DNA of 32,000 nucleotides from Chlamydiota bacterium (lineage in GTDB: Bacteria; Auribacterota; JACPWU01), in contig JACPWU010000011.1 in assembly GCA_016196885.1 (NCBI GenBank), positions 60,001 to 92,000 of the forward strand, read 5' to 3'. Position 1 is the stretch's first letter. Every line of letters begins with the position of its first letter. The position numbers and the translations under genes were made by a program. Below are positions 8,228 to 16,140 of the stretch, piece after piece. A model generated the notes under the pieces. The model worked only from the letters and a program-made list of their open reading frames with translations. It was not told the DNA's origin and ran no database searches.

Positions 8228-9214
8228 ATGCGCAAAATTCTTTGTTCCATACTTTTATTTTTCCCTTTGTTGCTCGAGGCCCAGACACTCACTGTTTCAG
8301 GACTCAAGGGATCCGTTCAGGTCCCAACACGGACCTTGGGCAGTCTCGCCTTTGTCCCCGCCTCTTCCTTTGCCCAGGCTTATGGCCTTCAAGAAATTTG
8401 GAATTCAAAAAGCAAAACCCTCGTCCTTCAATCTCCCCAAACAAAGATTGCTTTCCGAGCGAGTTCCACTTGCGTTTGGGTCAACGGAAAAATATTGAGA
8501 CTGCCGACCAGAGCCAAAATGGTGAATGGAAGATTGTTCATTCCTTTTGAATCCAGTTCGAAAATCTTTTCTCCTTTCCACCGCGTACCCACATCCCCCA
8601 AAAAGGAGACTCCACCGACTCCCCCTTCTTCCAAACCAAACTTTGTTGTTGTGATAGACCCAGGACATGGGGGTTATGACATAGGAGCCCGGGACCGCAA
8701 GGGATTGAATGAGAAAGATATTAATTTAGATGTTGCAAAAAGGGTGAGAGATAAACTTTCATCGTATGGAATCCAAGCAACGATGACCCGAAGCCGCGAC
8801 GTTTTTGTGGGGCTTCCCCAAAGGGTTTCTATCGCCAAAAGCGCAAGGCCCAATCTTTTCATCAGCATTCATACCAATGCGGCCAGAAACCGCAATGTTT
8901 CCGGGACTGAAATTTTTTACTACGCCCAAGCCAATATCAGACAAAACGGATCTTCTTATCAACAAAATCGCTTAAAGAGTTATCAATTGGCTAAACTCGT
9001 TCAATACCACACAGGTAAAACGGTCAGGAGCCGAGGGGTAAAGGATGCAAGGTATTTCGTCCTTAAAAACGCAACGTATCCTGCGATTCTCTTAGAAATG
9101 GGATTTATCACCCATGCTTGGGAAGAAAAAAATCTGAACAATCCAAAACATCGTGATAAACTGGCGCAGGCCATTGTGCAAAGCGTCTTGGATTATAAAG
9201 CGAGAAATAAATAA
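8228..9214 (+). CDS. N-acetylmuramoyl-L-alanine amidase (Amidase_3) with signal peptide and N-terminal beta-rich domain
   Basis: Start trimmed to the ATG at 8228 (MRKILCSILLFFPLLLEAQ signal peptide). C-terminal amidase_3 motifs are present (VVIDPGHGG, SIHTNA, LLEMGF). Confidence 0.85.
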   Translation: MRKILCSILLFFPLLLEAQTLTVSGLKGSVQVPTRTLGSLAFVPASSFAQAYGLQEIWNSKSKTLVLQSPQTKIAFRASSTCVWVNGKILRLPTRAKMVNGRLFIPFESSSKIFSPFHRVPTSPKKETPPTPPSSKPNFVVVIDPGHGGYDIGARDRKGLNEKDINLDVAKRVRDKLSSYGIQATMTRSRDVFVGLPQRVSIAKSARPNLFISIHTNAARNRNVSGTEIFYYAQANIRQNGSSYQQNRLKSYQLAKLVQYHTGKTVRSRGVKDARYFVLKNATYPAILLEMGFITHAWEEKNLNNPKHRDKLAQAIVQSVLDYKARNK

Positions 9215-9226
9215 TGAAAACAGAAA

Positions 9227-9294
9227 GCGATGGATGATGGACGATGGATGACTCACGACTCACGACTCACGACTCACGACAAACGAAATCCATC
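9227..9294 (+). repeat. GATGGAT words plus 4 x CTCACGA heptamer tandem repeat
   Basis: CGATGGAT (9228-9235) is complementary to ATCCATCG (9287-9294). CTCACGA repeats four times at about 9252-9279. Overlaps the annotated murI 5' end. Confidence 0.75.
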
Positions 9295-10149
9295 GGCATT
9301 TTCGACTCCGGCATCGGAGGGCTGACTGTTTTTTCACAAATCGCCAAACTTCTGCCTTATCAAAACCTTATTTATCTAGGGGATACGGCCCGCCTCCCCT
9401 ATGGAACCAAATCCAAAGAAACGATCGAGCGATTTAGTTGGGAAGATGCCCAATTCCTTTTGCAACAGGACATTCAATTAATGGTCGCAGCCTGTAACAC
9501 GGTGAGCGCCCTGGCCCTCCCCTTTCTCCAGAAAAATCTTTCCATCCCTATTTTGGGCGTCATTGAACCCGCCGTTGAAAAGGCCCTCACCCTATCAAAG
9601 ACGAGTAAAATCGGTGTGATTGGAACCCGGGCCACCATTGAAAGCAAAACATATGAAAAAACTTTTCGAGTCTTAAATCCATCTGTTCAAGTCTGGTCTA
9701 GCGCCTGCCCTCTTTTCGTGCCCTTGGTGGAAGAAAATTGGATGGAAGAGGGTGAATCCTTTTCCATTGCTCAAAAATATTTAAACCCCCTCATCGAACA
9801 CAAAATAGATACGCTCATCCTGGGATGCACGCATTATCCCCTTTTAAGGACAGTGATTCAAAAAATCATGGGTCCAGAAATCATGCTGATCGATTCAGCT
9901 GAAGCAACTGCGCTTGAGTGCGTTAAGATTATTCAAGATCTTGAAGCGAGCCCCAGAGAGATTCCCCAACATCAATTCTTTGTCACAGATGAACCTACAC
10001 GTTTCAGAAGAATGGGAGAAAAGTTCTTGGGCTATCCGATCCCTGAAGTCAAACATGCAGATTTATCAACAATTTACAATCAACGAACGACGATCAACGA
10101 ACCACATGTTCTTATAGTCCCTGTGGGACGAACAGCGGCTTTCCCATGA
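9244..10149 (+). CDS. murI: Glutamate racemase
   Basis: IGIFDSGIGGLTV, ACNT and GCTHYP active-site motifs. At 301 aa it is longer than usual because both termini read through repeats (see findings). Confidence 0.88.
   Translation: MDDSRLTTHDSRQTKSIGIFDSGIGGLTVFSQIAKLLPYQNLIYLGDTARLPYGTKSKETIERFSWEDAQFLLQQDIQLMVAACNTVSALALPFLQKNLSIPILGVIEPAVEKALTLSKTSKIGVIGTRATIESKTYEKTFRVLNPSVQVWSSACPLFVPLVEENWMEEGESFSIAQKYLNPLIEHKIDTLILGCTHYPLLRTVIQKIMGPEIMLIDSAEATALECVKIIQDLEASPREIPQHQFFVTDEPTRFRRMGEKFLGYPIPEVKHADLSTIYNQRTTINEPHVLIVPVGRTAAFP
10105..10129 (+). repeat. Y micro-element copy 1 (CATGTTCTTATAGTCCC-TGT-GGGAC)
   Basis: Shares CATGTTYTTATAGTCCC plus a short GC hairpin with the copies at 20794-20819 and 30818-30841, all in the same orientation. 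Confidence 0.6.
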
Positions 10150-11237
10150 TCGCACAAAGAATGTCCCACATGGATTCTTCCGGCATACGCAAAATTTTTG
10201 ATTTGGCTAAAAACATGAAAAATCCCGTGAATTTAAGCATTGGCCAACCCGATTTTGACGTTCCGTCCCAGATTAAAAATGAAGCGATTCACTGGATTCA
10301 AAAGGGGTTCAATCAATACACCGTCACTCAAGGAATTCCTGAACTAAGGGAAAAATTGCTTGAGAAGTTAAAAAGGGAACGGGGCATTGAAGCCGAAGAT
10401 ATTTTGATCACCTCGGGTGTTTCAGGCGGTATTTTCCTTGCCTTCATGGCACTTTTAAATCCAGGCGATGAAGTCATTGTGCCAGACCCCTATTTTGCCA
10501 TGTACAAACACCTTTCTCATTTAATGGGGGCCTCTCCTGTTTACATAGATACTTACCCCGAATTTATTTTAACCGCCGAAAAAATTTCTGAAAAAATTTC
10601 TAAAAAAACAAAATTAATTTTAATCAACAGCCCTTCGAACCCAACAGGGGTTGTGACACCCCAGAGAGAACTTAAAAAAATTGTGGAATTGGCTAAGAAA
10701 CATCACCTTGTCATTTTATCGGACGAAATTTATTCTGAATTTTCTTATGACGAGCCCTTTCAAAGCATCGGCCGAGATTACCCTTTGACGCTAGTCCTGG
10801 ATGGATTTTCAAAAACCTTCGCAATGACTGGATGGCGGCTGGGTTTTACAGCGGGCCCCAAAGAAATCATTCAGGCCATGACCCGATTGCAGCAATTTTC
10901 ATTTGTCTGCGCCCCTTCTTTCGCACAAAAAGCTGCCCTGAAGGCCCTGGATTGTGATATGAAAGGCCCTATTCAAGAATATCGAAGGAAGCGGGATCTT
11001 ATTTACGAAGGCCTTAAAGAAAAATTTAAACTTACGCGACCCGGTGGCGCCTTTTATTTATTTCCTCAAGCCCCCGACCCAGACGGGGATGTATTTGTTC
11101 AAAAAGCCCTTGAGAAAAATCTTCTCATCATTCCGGGCAGTGTTTTCTCTGAAAGAAAAACCCATTTTCGCATTTCCTTTGCAGCCCCCAACGAAACCTT
11201 GGCAAAAGGAATTGAAATCTTAAATCAGATGGTGTAG
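10146..11237 (+). CDS. Class I/II PLP-dependent aminotransferase (aspartate aminotransferase-like)
   Basis: 363 aa with the PLP-lysine motif SKTFAMTGWRLGF and NSPSNPTG. Its ATGA overlaps the murI stop. Confidence 0.88.
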   Translation: MIAQRMSHMDSSGIRKIFDLAKNMKNPVNLSIGQPDFDVPSQIKNEAIHWIQKGFNQYTVTQGIPELREKLLEKLKRERGIEAEDILITSGVSGGIFLAFMALLNPGDEVIVPDPYFAMYKHLSHLMGASPVYIDTYPEFILTAEKISEKISKKTKLILINSPSNPTGVVTPQRELKKIVELAKKHHLVILSDEIYSEFSYDEPFQSIGRDYPLTLVLDGFSKTFAMTGWRLGFTAGPKEIIQAMTRLQQFSFVCAPSFAQKAALKALDCDMKGPIQEYRRKRDLIYEGLKEKFKLTRPGGAFYLFPQAPDPDGDVFVQKALEKNLLIIPGSVFSERKTHFRISFAAPNETLAKGIEILNQMV

Positions 11238-11245
11238 GTTGAACC

Positions 11246-11439
11246 GATCCAGTTTTTAAAAGTGTGTCCTTTATTCATGCGGGTGACGCCCAACGGGGTC
11301 CCCATCAAGCGTCAGCAGGTCGAGTCATTCGCATCAGCTATACATCTGGCATCCCTCATCGAGACCGATGCCGTTGATGGGGTGATTGGGCGGCAGGACC
11401 CGCCCCCTTTCCAAAGGACACACTTTTAAATACATCATC
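11246..11439 (+). mobile_element. T-MITE carrying S-element copy S1 (core 11279-11403)
   Basis: ~24-bp imperfect (19/24) TIRs, GATCCAGTTTTTAAAAGTGTGTCC and its complement GGACACACTTTTAAATACATCATC. Flanked by the 8-bp direct repeat GTTGAACC (11238-11245 and 11440-11447). Confidence 0.85.
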
Positions 11440-11475
11440 GTTGAACCTTCATGGGCCATTCACGGAAGGAACGTT

Positions 11476-12195
11476 ATGAACCGCATTGACAATAGAAAGC
11501 CCAATCAATTAAGACCTGTCAAAGTAACAAAAAATTATATCAAGTCGGCAGCGGGCTCCGTCCTTATCGAAATGGGACAAACCCGTGTCATCTGTGCAGC
11601 CAGCGTGCAAGAAGAAGTTCCAAAATGGATGAAGGGAAAAGGACAAGGCTGGGTCACGGCCGAATACTCCATGCTCCCTTATGCCTCCAATGAACGCAAG
11701 CAGCGAGAAAGTTCTTCTGGAAAAATCGGGGGCCGGACCCATGAAATCCAGCGGCTCATCGGGCGGGCCCTGAGAGGGGTTGTGGATTTAAAAGCCCTGG
11801 GCGAAAGAACCCTTTGGATAGACTGCGATGTTATTCAGGCCGATGGAGGAACGCGAACAGCTTCAGTCACGGGTGGTTTCACAGCCCTCATGTTCGCACT
11901 TCAGAAACTGAAGGATGAGAAAAAAATCACTGCCATTCCCATTAAAGAATACGTCGCAGCCGTGAGTGTGGGGATTTTCCAAGCAACCCCCCTTCTAGAT
12001 CTCTGCTACGAAGAAGATTCCAAGGCAGAAGTGGATATGAACATCATCATGACCAGCGAGGGAAGATTCATTGAAATCCAGGGAACTGCAGAGCACGAAC
12101 CCTTTACCTTTGAACAGATGAATCAATTATTGAAACTTGCAAAATCGGGAATGAAAAAGCTGTTTCAAATTCAGAGGAAGGTTCTCAAGATATAA
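11476..12195 (+). CDS. rph: Ribonuclease PH
   Basis: Start trimmed to the ATG at 11476 (RBS GGAAGGA). [33 protein letters not shown] is the canonical RNase PH N-terminus. The upstream ORF extension reads through the MITE. Confidence 0.93.
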   Translation: MNRIDNRKPNQLRPVKVTKNYIKSAAGSVLIEMGQTRVICAASVQEEVPKWMKGKGQGWVTAEYSMLPYASNERKQRESSSGKIGGRTHEIQRLIGRALRGVVDLKALGERTLWIDCDVIQADGGTRTASVTGGFTALMFALQKLKDEKKITAIPIKEYVAAVSVGIFQATPLLDLCYEEDSKAEVDMNIIMTSEGRFIEIQGTAEHEPFTFEQMNQLLKLAKSGMKKLFQIQRKVLKI

Positions 12196-12256
12196 TGGCT
12201 TTCCAATAATGAGGGCAATGACTATGCCGCTTTCATCTCCATCGGGGAGCCCAACC

Positions 12257-12877
12257 ATGAACATCGTCCTAGCCACAAAAAACCTCCATAAACTAAGAGA
12301 AATTCAAGAAATCTTTCAAGGGCTTCCCTTCCACTTTCTTTCCCTTGCCGAATTTAAAGACGCCCCTTCCGTGACCGAGGACGGCACATCCTTCGAAGAA
12401 AATGCGATTAAAAAAGCCCAAAGCGCCGCATCCTTTACTAGAGAAATCAGTCTGGCGGACGACTCGGGACTTGAGGTAGATGCCCTTCAAGAAGCCCCCG
12501 GGATTTATTCTGCAAGATTTGCAGGTGAAAACGCCACCGATGAAGAAAACAATCTCAAAGTTCTGGCGCTTTTAAAAAATCTACCCCCCGAAAAAAGAAA
12601 GGCCCGCTACCGCTGTGTGATGGCGCTCGCCACACCCGAAAAAAGGGTTCACATCACCGAAGGAATTTGTGAAGGACTCATCACAAAGACTCCACAAGGG
12701 AAAAACGGATTTGGCTATGACCCTATTTTCTTTTACCCCCCTTTTGGAAAAACATTTGGCCAGACGGATCCCATTCTAAAAAACAAAGTCAGCCATCGCT
12801 TCCAGGCTTTGGAAAATATAAAGCCTTTTTTAAATCTTTATTTCTCAAATCCATCTTTCTCCCAAGAACAGAGATAG
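12257..12877 (+). CDS. rdgB: dITP/XTP pyrophosphatase (RdgB/HAM1 family)
   Basis: Start trimmed to the ATG at 12257 (MNIVLATKNLHKLREI). Motifs DDSGLEVDAL, GFGYDPIF and SHR are present. The last 5 codons and the stop lie in the MITE terminus at 12861. Confidence 0.9.
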   Translation: MNIVLATKNLHKLREIQEIFQGLPFHFLSLAEFKDAPSVTEDGTSFEENAIKKAQSAASFTREISLADDSGLEVDALQEAPGIYSARFAGENATDEENNLKVLALLKNLPPEKRKARYRCVMALATPEKRVHITEGICEGLITKTPQGKNGFGYDPIFFYPPFGKTFGQTDPILKNKVSHRFQALENIKPFLNLYFSNPSFSQEQR

Positions 12878-13024
12878 GAAAATGGAATTCGACGCAACAT
12901 CTTGGCCATCTTGACCTTCAGAAAGCCTCGACAGACACCTGTCAGTGTATGCCTACGTTTTCTTCAGGTCAATCTGGCTCAAGCTGTTGCGTCTCGGTTC
13001 TCATTTCCTATCTCTGTCCTTGGG
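12861..13024 (+). mobile_element. MITE family M, copy 1 (164 bp)
   Basis: TIRs CCCAAGAACAGAGATAGGAAAATG / CATTTCCTATCTCTGTCCTTGGG, flanked by the 5-bp direct repeat TTTCT (12856-12860 and 13025-13029). An inverted homologous copy lies at 30691-30876. Confidence 0.85.
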
Positions 13025-13094
13025 TTTCTAGTCATTTTTTCATCTTTTTTGTGCTACATTGTATCTGACAGTGTAAGCTCCATATTCTTTTACC

Positions 13095-14414
13095 ATGCGC
13101 AACTCGAATGAACGTGGACTGACCGTTTTATCCCTTGTCTTTCTCCTGCTTTTTGCAGGGGCAAGTGCCGCCGTGTGGTTTGAATTCCTACGTCCCTTTT
13201 TTCTTGAACAGCAAATCATCCATGCTAATCAAAAATTTGAATTCAATCTATTTTCTGAGGCAAAATTGCTTTACGAACAATTGCTGCCCAAGACAGGGGC
13301 CCAAGAAAAAAGGGCCCTCCAAGATCATCTTTCTCAACTTTCCCTCGCTGAAAAACGGGTGATGGACCTGGCTCCACCCCATCCCACCATTGCCTTAGAT
13401 GTTTTGGAAGCTATTTCGGCAAAGGTCGGCCTTCTTTTTATTCATTATGCCATTCAAAACAATGGAAGAGAATCTATTCCCATCCGCCGCAGCCTTTTTT
13501 ATTTAAAATCCCAGACGGGGAAATCGGAAGTCGCCCTCGACAGACCCCAGAACAAAGAGGTGAACTCTTGGGATGGAGATCTCCTGCCAGGGGACCGGGT
13601 GGAGGGAGGCATTTGCGTTAAATATTTTCTCGTGGATCCCGACGAAAAAATTTACCTCGTCTACAACAATGGCTCAACCTATATCAACAGCCTCTTACCC
13701 ATTTCTCTCATTTGGCCGCAAACATCGAAAGATATTTTTCATGAAGGATGGCTTGGAAGAAAAATAGCGGCTGTCCCCATGAAAGAATTTAAAAGGCCCG
13801 CGGTCTCCGAGAACCCTCCCTCCGCAGAAAAACCTGCCACGCCTCCTACAACTCAACCGGCGACTCCGCCTATATCCTCTCCTCCTCCAAGTACAATCTC
13901 TAACCCTCAAACATACAAAGATGAAACCTATGGCTTCACCCTGACACTTCCAGCAGGCTGGAAAAAAATCAATCGAATGGATTTATCCTCCCAGAGCCCC
14001 GCCCTCATGCTTCCATCCGTTTCATGTTTCAAAAGCCCTTCCTCACAAGAGAAGGGTCCCTTTCTCTTGATTCAAAAAGGGGATAAACCCTATGGGAAGA
14101 ATCCTCAGATAGACAACACGGTTCTGACACATGTCGAACAAGAAATTCGGACCGCTTTACGAACAAAAAAGGTTGAAATTAAGCAAGTCACCAGCAGAAT
14201 TTCTCTCTTAAAGAACACGCAAGTGGCCGAGGTTGACCTTCTTTTCACCCTGCGGGATGATTTAGCTGCGGGTCATGAACTTTTTCACTTAAAAAGCTAT
14301 TGTTTGGAGGGAAACACGGAATTCATCATCAGCCTTCTCGCCACTCATGTCAATTTCAACGCTTGTGCCGCCGAGACCCTTTCAGCGATTCTTTCTTTTG
14401 AATCACAAAAATGA
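13095..14414 (+). CDS. Membrane-anchored hypothetical protein with a Pro/Thr-rich linker
   Basis: 439 aa: an N-terminal TM helix (LTVLSLVFLLLFAGASAAVW), a central PATPPTTQPATPPISSPPPS linker, and two globular parts. I recognise no confident family. Confidence 0.7.
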   Translation: MRNSNERGLTVLSLVFLLLFAGASAAVWFEFLRPFFLEQQIIHANQKFEFNLFSEAKLLYEQLLPKTGAQEKRALQDHLSQLSLAEKRVMDLAPPHPTIALDVLEAISAKVGLLFIHYAIQNNGRESIPIRRSLFYLKSQTGKSEVALDRPQNKEVNSWDGDLLPGDRVEGGICVKYFLVDPDEKIYLVYNNGSTYINSLLPISLIWPQTSKDIFHEGWLGRKIAAVPMKEFKRPAVSENPPSAEKPATPPTTQPATPPISSPPPSTISNPQTYKDETYGFTLTLPAGWKKINRMDLSSQSPALMLPSVSCFKSPSSQEKGPFLLIQKGDKPYGKNPQIDNTVLTHVEQEIRTALRTKKVEIKQVTSRISLLKNTQVAEVDLLFTLRDDLAAGHELFHLKSYCLEGNTEFIISLLATHVNFNACAAETLSAILSFESQK

Positions 14415-14415
14415 A

Positions 14416-15036
14416 TCAATTTGTATACCCGACAGAAGAAGATTCTGAAGCATCGCTTTGTGAAGAGGAAGTCGAAGCCGTTTGAGTATTTGAAAGCTCG
14501 GAATGGCAGCTGTTTAATTCTGATTGCAGCCCTCTCACCTGAGAAAGGCTGGCCTCTAGCTTGATCTGGAGACTCCTCATCTCTGATTGGCGGCCCACGG
14601 AGCGGGACTCCAAATCATCTTTTCTTGACTGACAATCTTGAAGATCAGATTGAAGACTGCTAACCTTAGATTGAACATCACTTGCCTCTTGCTCCTTCTG
14701 AGACAACTCCTCCTTAAACCCTTTTATCTCCTCGTCTTTCTTGAGAATATCCTTTTCAAGAGAGCCTATTTTTGATCCCAACTCCTGAATCCCTTGAGAA
14801 AATTTTAGATAAGTAGAAATTTTATAACTCAAGGTTTTGATCTGCTTCATATCTCCCATTTGAATCACATCCTCAAAATCCTTCATCAACTCTTCAAGTT
14901 TTTTAACGTCACTTACCAGTTTTTTGACTCTGGCATCGGAATCGCTGGCCGCAGCGATTTCTTTCGATTCACAAGCAAAAATCAAAAGGGAAATCAAGCC
15001 CACGTGAACGAAAACTCTTTTCATCCTGTCATTCAT
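14416..15036 (-). CDS. Coiled-coil lipoprotein, Ser-rich C-terminus
   Basis: Start trimmed to the ATG at 15034-15036 (RBS AGGAGA). Lipobox-like LLIFAC. Long heptad-like, Q/E/K/S-rich sequence. Confidence 0.7.
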   Translation of the reverse strand: MNDRMKRVFVHVGLISLLIFACESKEIAAASDSDARVKKLVSDVKKLEELMKDFEDVIQMGDMKQIKTLSYKISTYLKFSQGIQELGSKIGSLEKDILKKDEEIKGFKEELSQKEQEASDVQSKVSSLQSDLQDCQSRKDDLESRSVGRQSEMRSLQIKLEASLSQVRGLQSELNSCHSELSNTQTASTSSSQSDASESSSVGYTN

Positions 15037-15091
15037 TTCGTCTCTCCTTTCTAAAGCCCATCGTACACAACTCACTTCCCTACAAAAATGC

Positions 15092-15166
15092 TGGGGCGAC
15101 TAACGGGATTCGAACCCGTACTAAGAGAGCCACAGTCTCTCGTGCTACCATTACACCATAGCCGCC
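15092..15166 (-). tRNA. tRNA-His (GTG), with encoded G-1 and CCA
   Basis: Hand-folded cloverleaf: acceptor GCGGCTA/TAGTCGC, anticodon stem AGAGA/TCTCT, loop CTGTGGC, T-loop TTCGAAT, extra 5' G opposite C73. Confidence 0.9.
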
Positions 15167-15251
15167 GTCGATCTGTCCTGTGAATTTTCTAAGCGATTAT
15201 AAGAAAATGATAACTCAATGTCAAAGAACACAGCCAAACACTATAACTCCC

Positions 15252-15278
15252 CCTCCCCTCTTAAATTAAGAGGGGAGG
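15252..15278. repeat. Perfect palindrome CCTCCCCTCTTAA-A-TTAAGAGGGGAGG
   Basis: 13-nt arms around a single central base. It abuts the TA target of MITE H copy 2. Confidence 0.8.
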
Positions 15279-15279
15279 C

Positions 15280-15465
15280 TAGCCCGCATTTCTCATCACA
15301 TTTCTGCTGCTCTTCTCCGATTCCGCCTCGTCTCTCCGTGCAGACTCGGTCGGCCACGCTCAACATACTGTAAAGTATGCCTCGCATGGCCTCGGTCGTG
15401 CAACCTCCCCTCCAAAGCGGACTCAGGCGTTCCTCGCGACGAAATCTGATGAGAAATGCGGGTTA
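15280..15465 (+). mobile_element. MITE family H, copy 2 (182 bp plus flanking TA/TA)
   Basis: Same TIRs and core as 6125-6308, with two short divergent internal patches. Flanked by TA at 15280-15281 and 15464-15465. Lies between tRNA-His and tRNA-Arg. Confidence 0.85.
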
Positions 15466-15546
15466 AGGAATCCAAAAATCATTTATTAATTCTGTCGAAT
15501 CTCCCTTCAATTCCCGCCGTTAAGGAAAACGATCCATGGCACTTCG

Positions 15547-15620
15547 TGCGCCCGGCAGGAATTGAACCTGCGGCCTACTGGTTCGAAGCCAGTCGCTCTA
15601 TCCAACTGAGCTACGGGCGC
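15547..15620 (-). tRNA. tRNA-Arg (TCG)
   Basis: Cloverleaf: acceptor GCGCCCG/CGGGCGC, anticodon stem ACTGG/CCAGT, loop CTTCGAA, T-loop TTCAATT. No encoded CCA. Confidence 0.9.
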
Positions 15621-15630
15621 TTTAAAAACA

Positions 15631-15719
15631 GGGACTAGGGCATAGGGCTTAGGGTATAGGAAAAAAACAACTCTCTCTCTGGCTTCTCCCTAAACCCTAA
15701 GCCCTACACCCTATTCCCC
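15631..15719. repeat. Word-repeat hairpin W8 (TAGGG/CCCTA words) between two tRNA-Arg genes
   Basis: Left arm GGGACTAGGGCATAGGGCTTAGGGTATAGG is about 26/30 complementary to the right arm CCTAAACCCTAAGCCCTACACCCTATTCCCC. The loop starts AAAAAAACAA. Confidence 0.8.
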
Positions 15720-15729
15720 GCATTTAACG

Positions 15730-15801
15730 TGCCCCCAGCAGGAATTGAACCTGCACGGCCAGCTCCGGAGGCTGGTACTCTATCCGTTGAGCTATGGGGG
15801 C
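15730..15801 (-). tRNA. tRNA-Arg (CCG)
   Basis: Cloverleaf: acceptor GCCCCCA/TGGGGGC, anticodon stem CCAGC/GCTGG, loop CTCCGGA. Confidence 0.9.
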
Positions 15802-15805
15802 TTTC

Positions 15806-15898
15806 CAATTTTAGATTTTAGATTGCGGATTTTAGATTAAAAAGGTGTTCATCTAAAAATTCCGCAATCCCCAATCTAAAATCTAAAACCCGCAATTG
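15806..15898. repeat. Word-repeat hairpin W9 (TTTTAGA/GCGGAT words)
   Basis: CAATTTTAGATTTTAGATTGCGGATTTTAGATT, an AAAAAGGTGTTC loop, then a complementary arm. Near-identical copy at 15981-16055 and a half copy at 20661-20695. Confidence 0.85.
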
Positions 15899-15903
15899 AA
15901 ATG

Positions 15904-15977
15904 TGCGCCCGGCCCGATTCGAACGGGCGACCCTCTGCTTAGAAGGCAGATGCTCTATCCAACTGAGCTACGGGCGC
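15904..15977 (-). tRNA. tRNA-Arg (TCT)
   Basis: Cloverleaf: acceptor GCGCCCG/CGGGCGC, anticodon stem TCTGC/GCAGA, loop CTTCTAA, T-loop TTCGAAT. Confidence 0.9.
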
Positions 15978-15980
15978 TTA

Positions 15981-16055
15981 TCAATTTTAGATTTTAGATT
16001 GCGGATTTTAGATTAAAAAGGTGTTCATCTAAAAATTCCGCAATCCCAAAATCTA
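15981..16055. repeat. Word-repeat hairpin W10 (copy of W9)
   Basis: Near-identical to 15806-15898. It begins 4 nt from the 5' end of tRNA-Arg(TCT). Confidence 0.85.
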
Positions 16056-16140
16056 AAATCAGAAGATCCTACTACATTGTCCTACCAAGTTCAGCAATTT
16101 TTTGAGGTTTTATCATGGATGAGCAAAACAAGGGGGGAAA

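Noticed and set aside
10105-10129. Y motif TATAGT as a -10 promoter box for the aminotransferase gene
   Set aside because: The other two copies (20794, 30818) have no downstream + strand gene, and the -35 region at 10088-10094 is poor. The promoter reading does not explain the family.
14412-14418. Convergent genes with stop codons separated by a single nucleotide (TGA-A-TCA) and no terminator between them
   Set aside because: It is real in the sequence, but I cannot tell whether it has any significance. Tight convergent packing is common in compact genomes, and I see no structure or overlap that demands explanation.
15631-15719. CCCTAAACCCTAAGCCCTA / TAGGGCTTAGGG words (also at 20011-20105) resembling telomeric (TTAGGG)n repeats
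   Set aside because: The words are imperfect, only a few units long, arranged as complementary hairpin arms, and embedded between bacterial tRNA genes. This fits the local word-hairpin class, not a telomere or eukaryotic contamination.
15806-16055. Possible CRISPR array, given repeated ~90-nt units separated by unique sequence
   Set aside because: There are only two full copies. The 'spacers' are tRNA genes, the units are long hairpins rather than 25-40-nt direct repeats, and no cas genes or leader are present.
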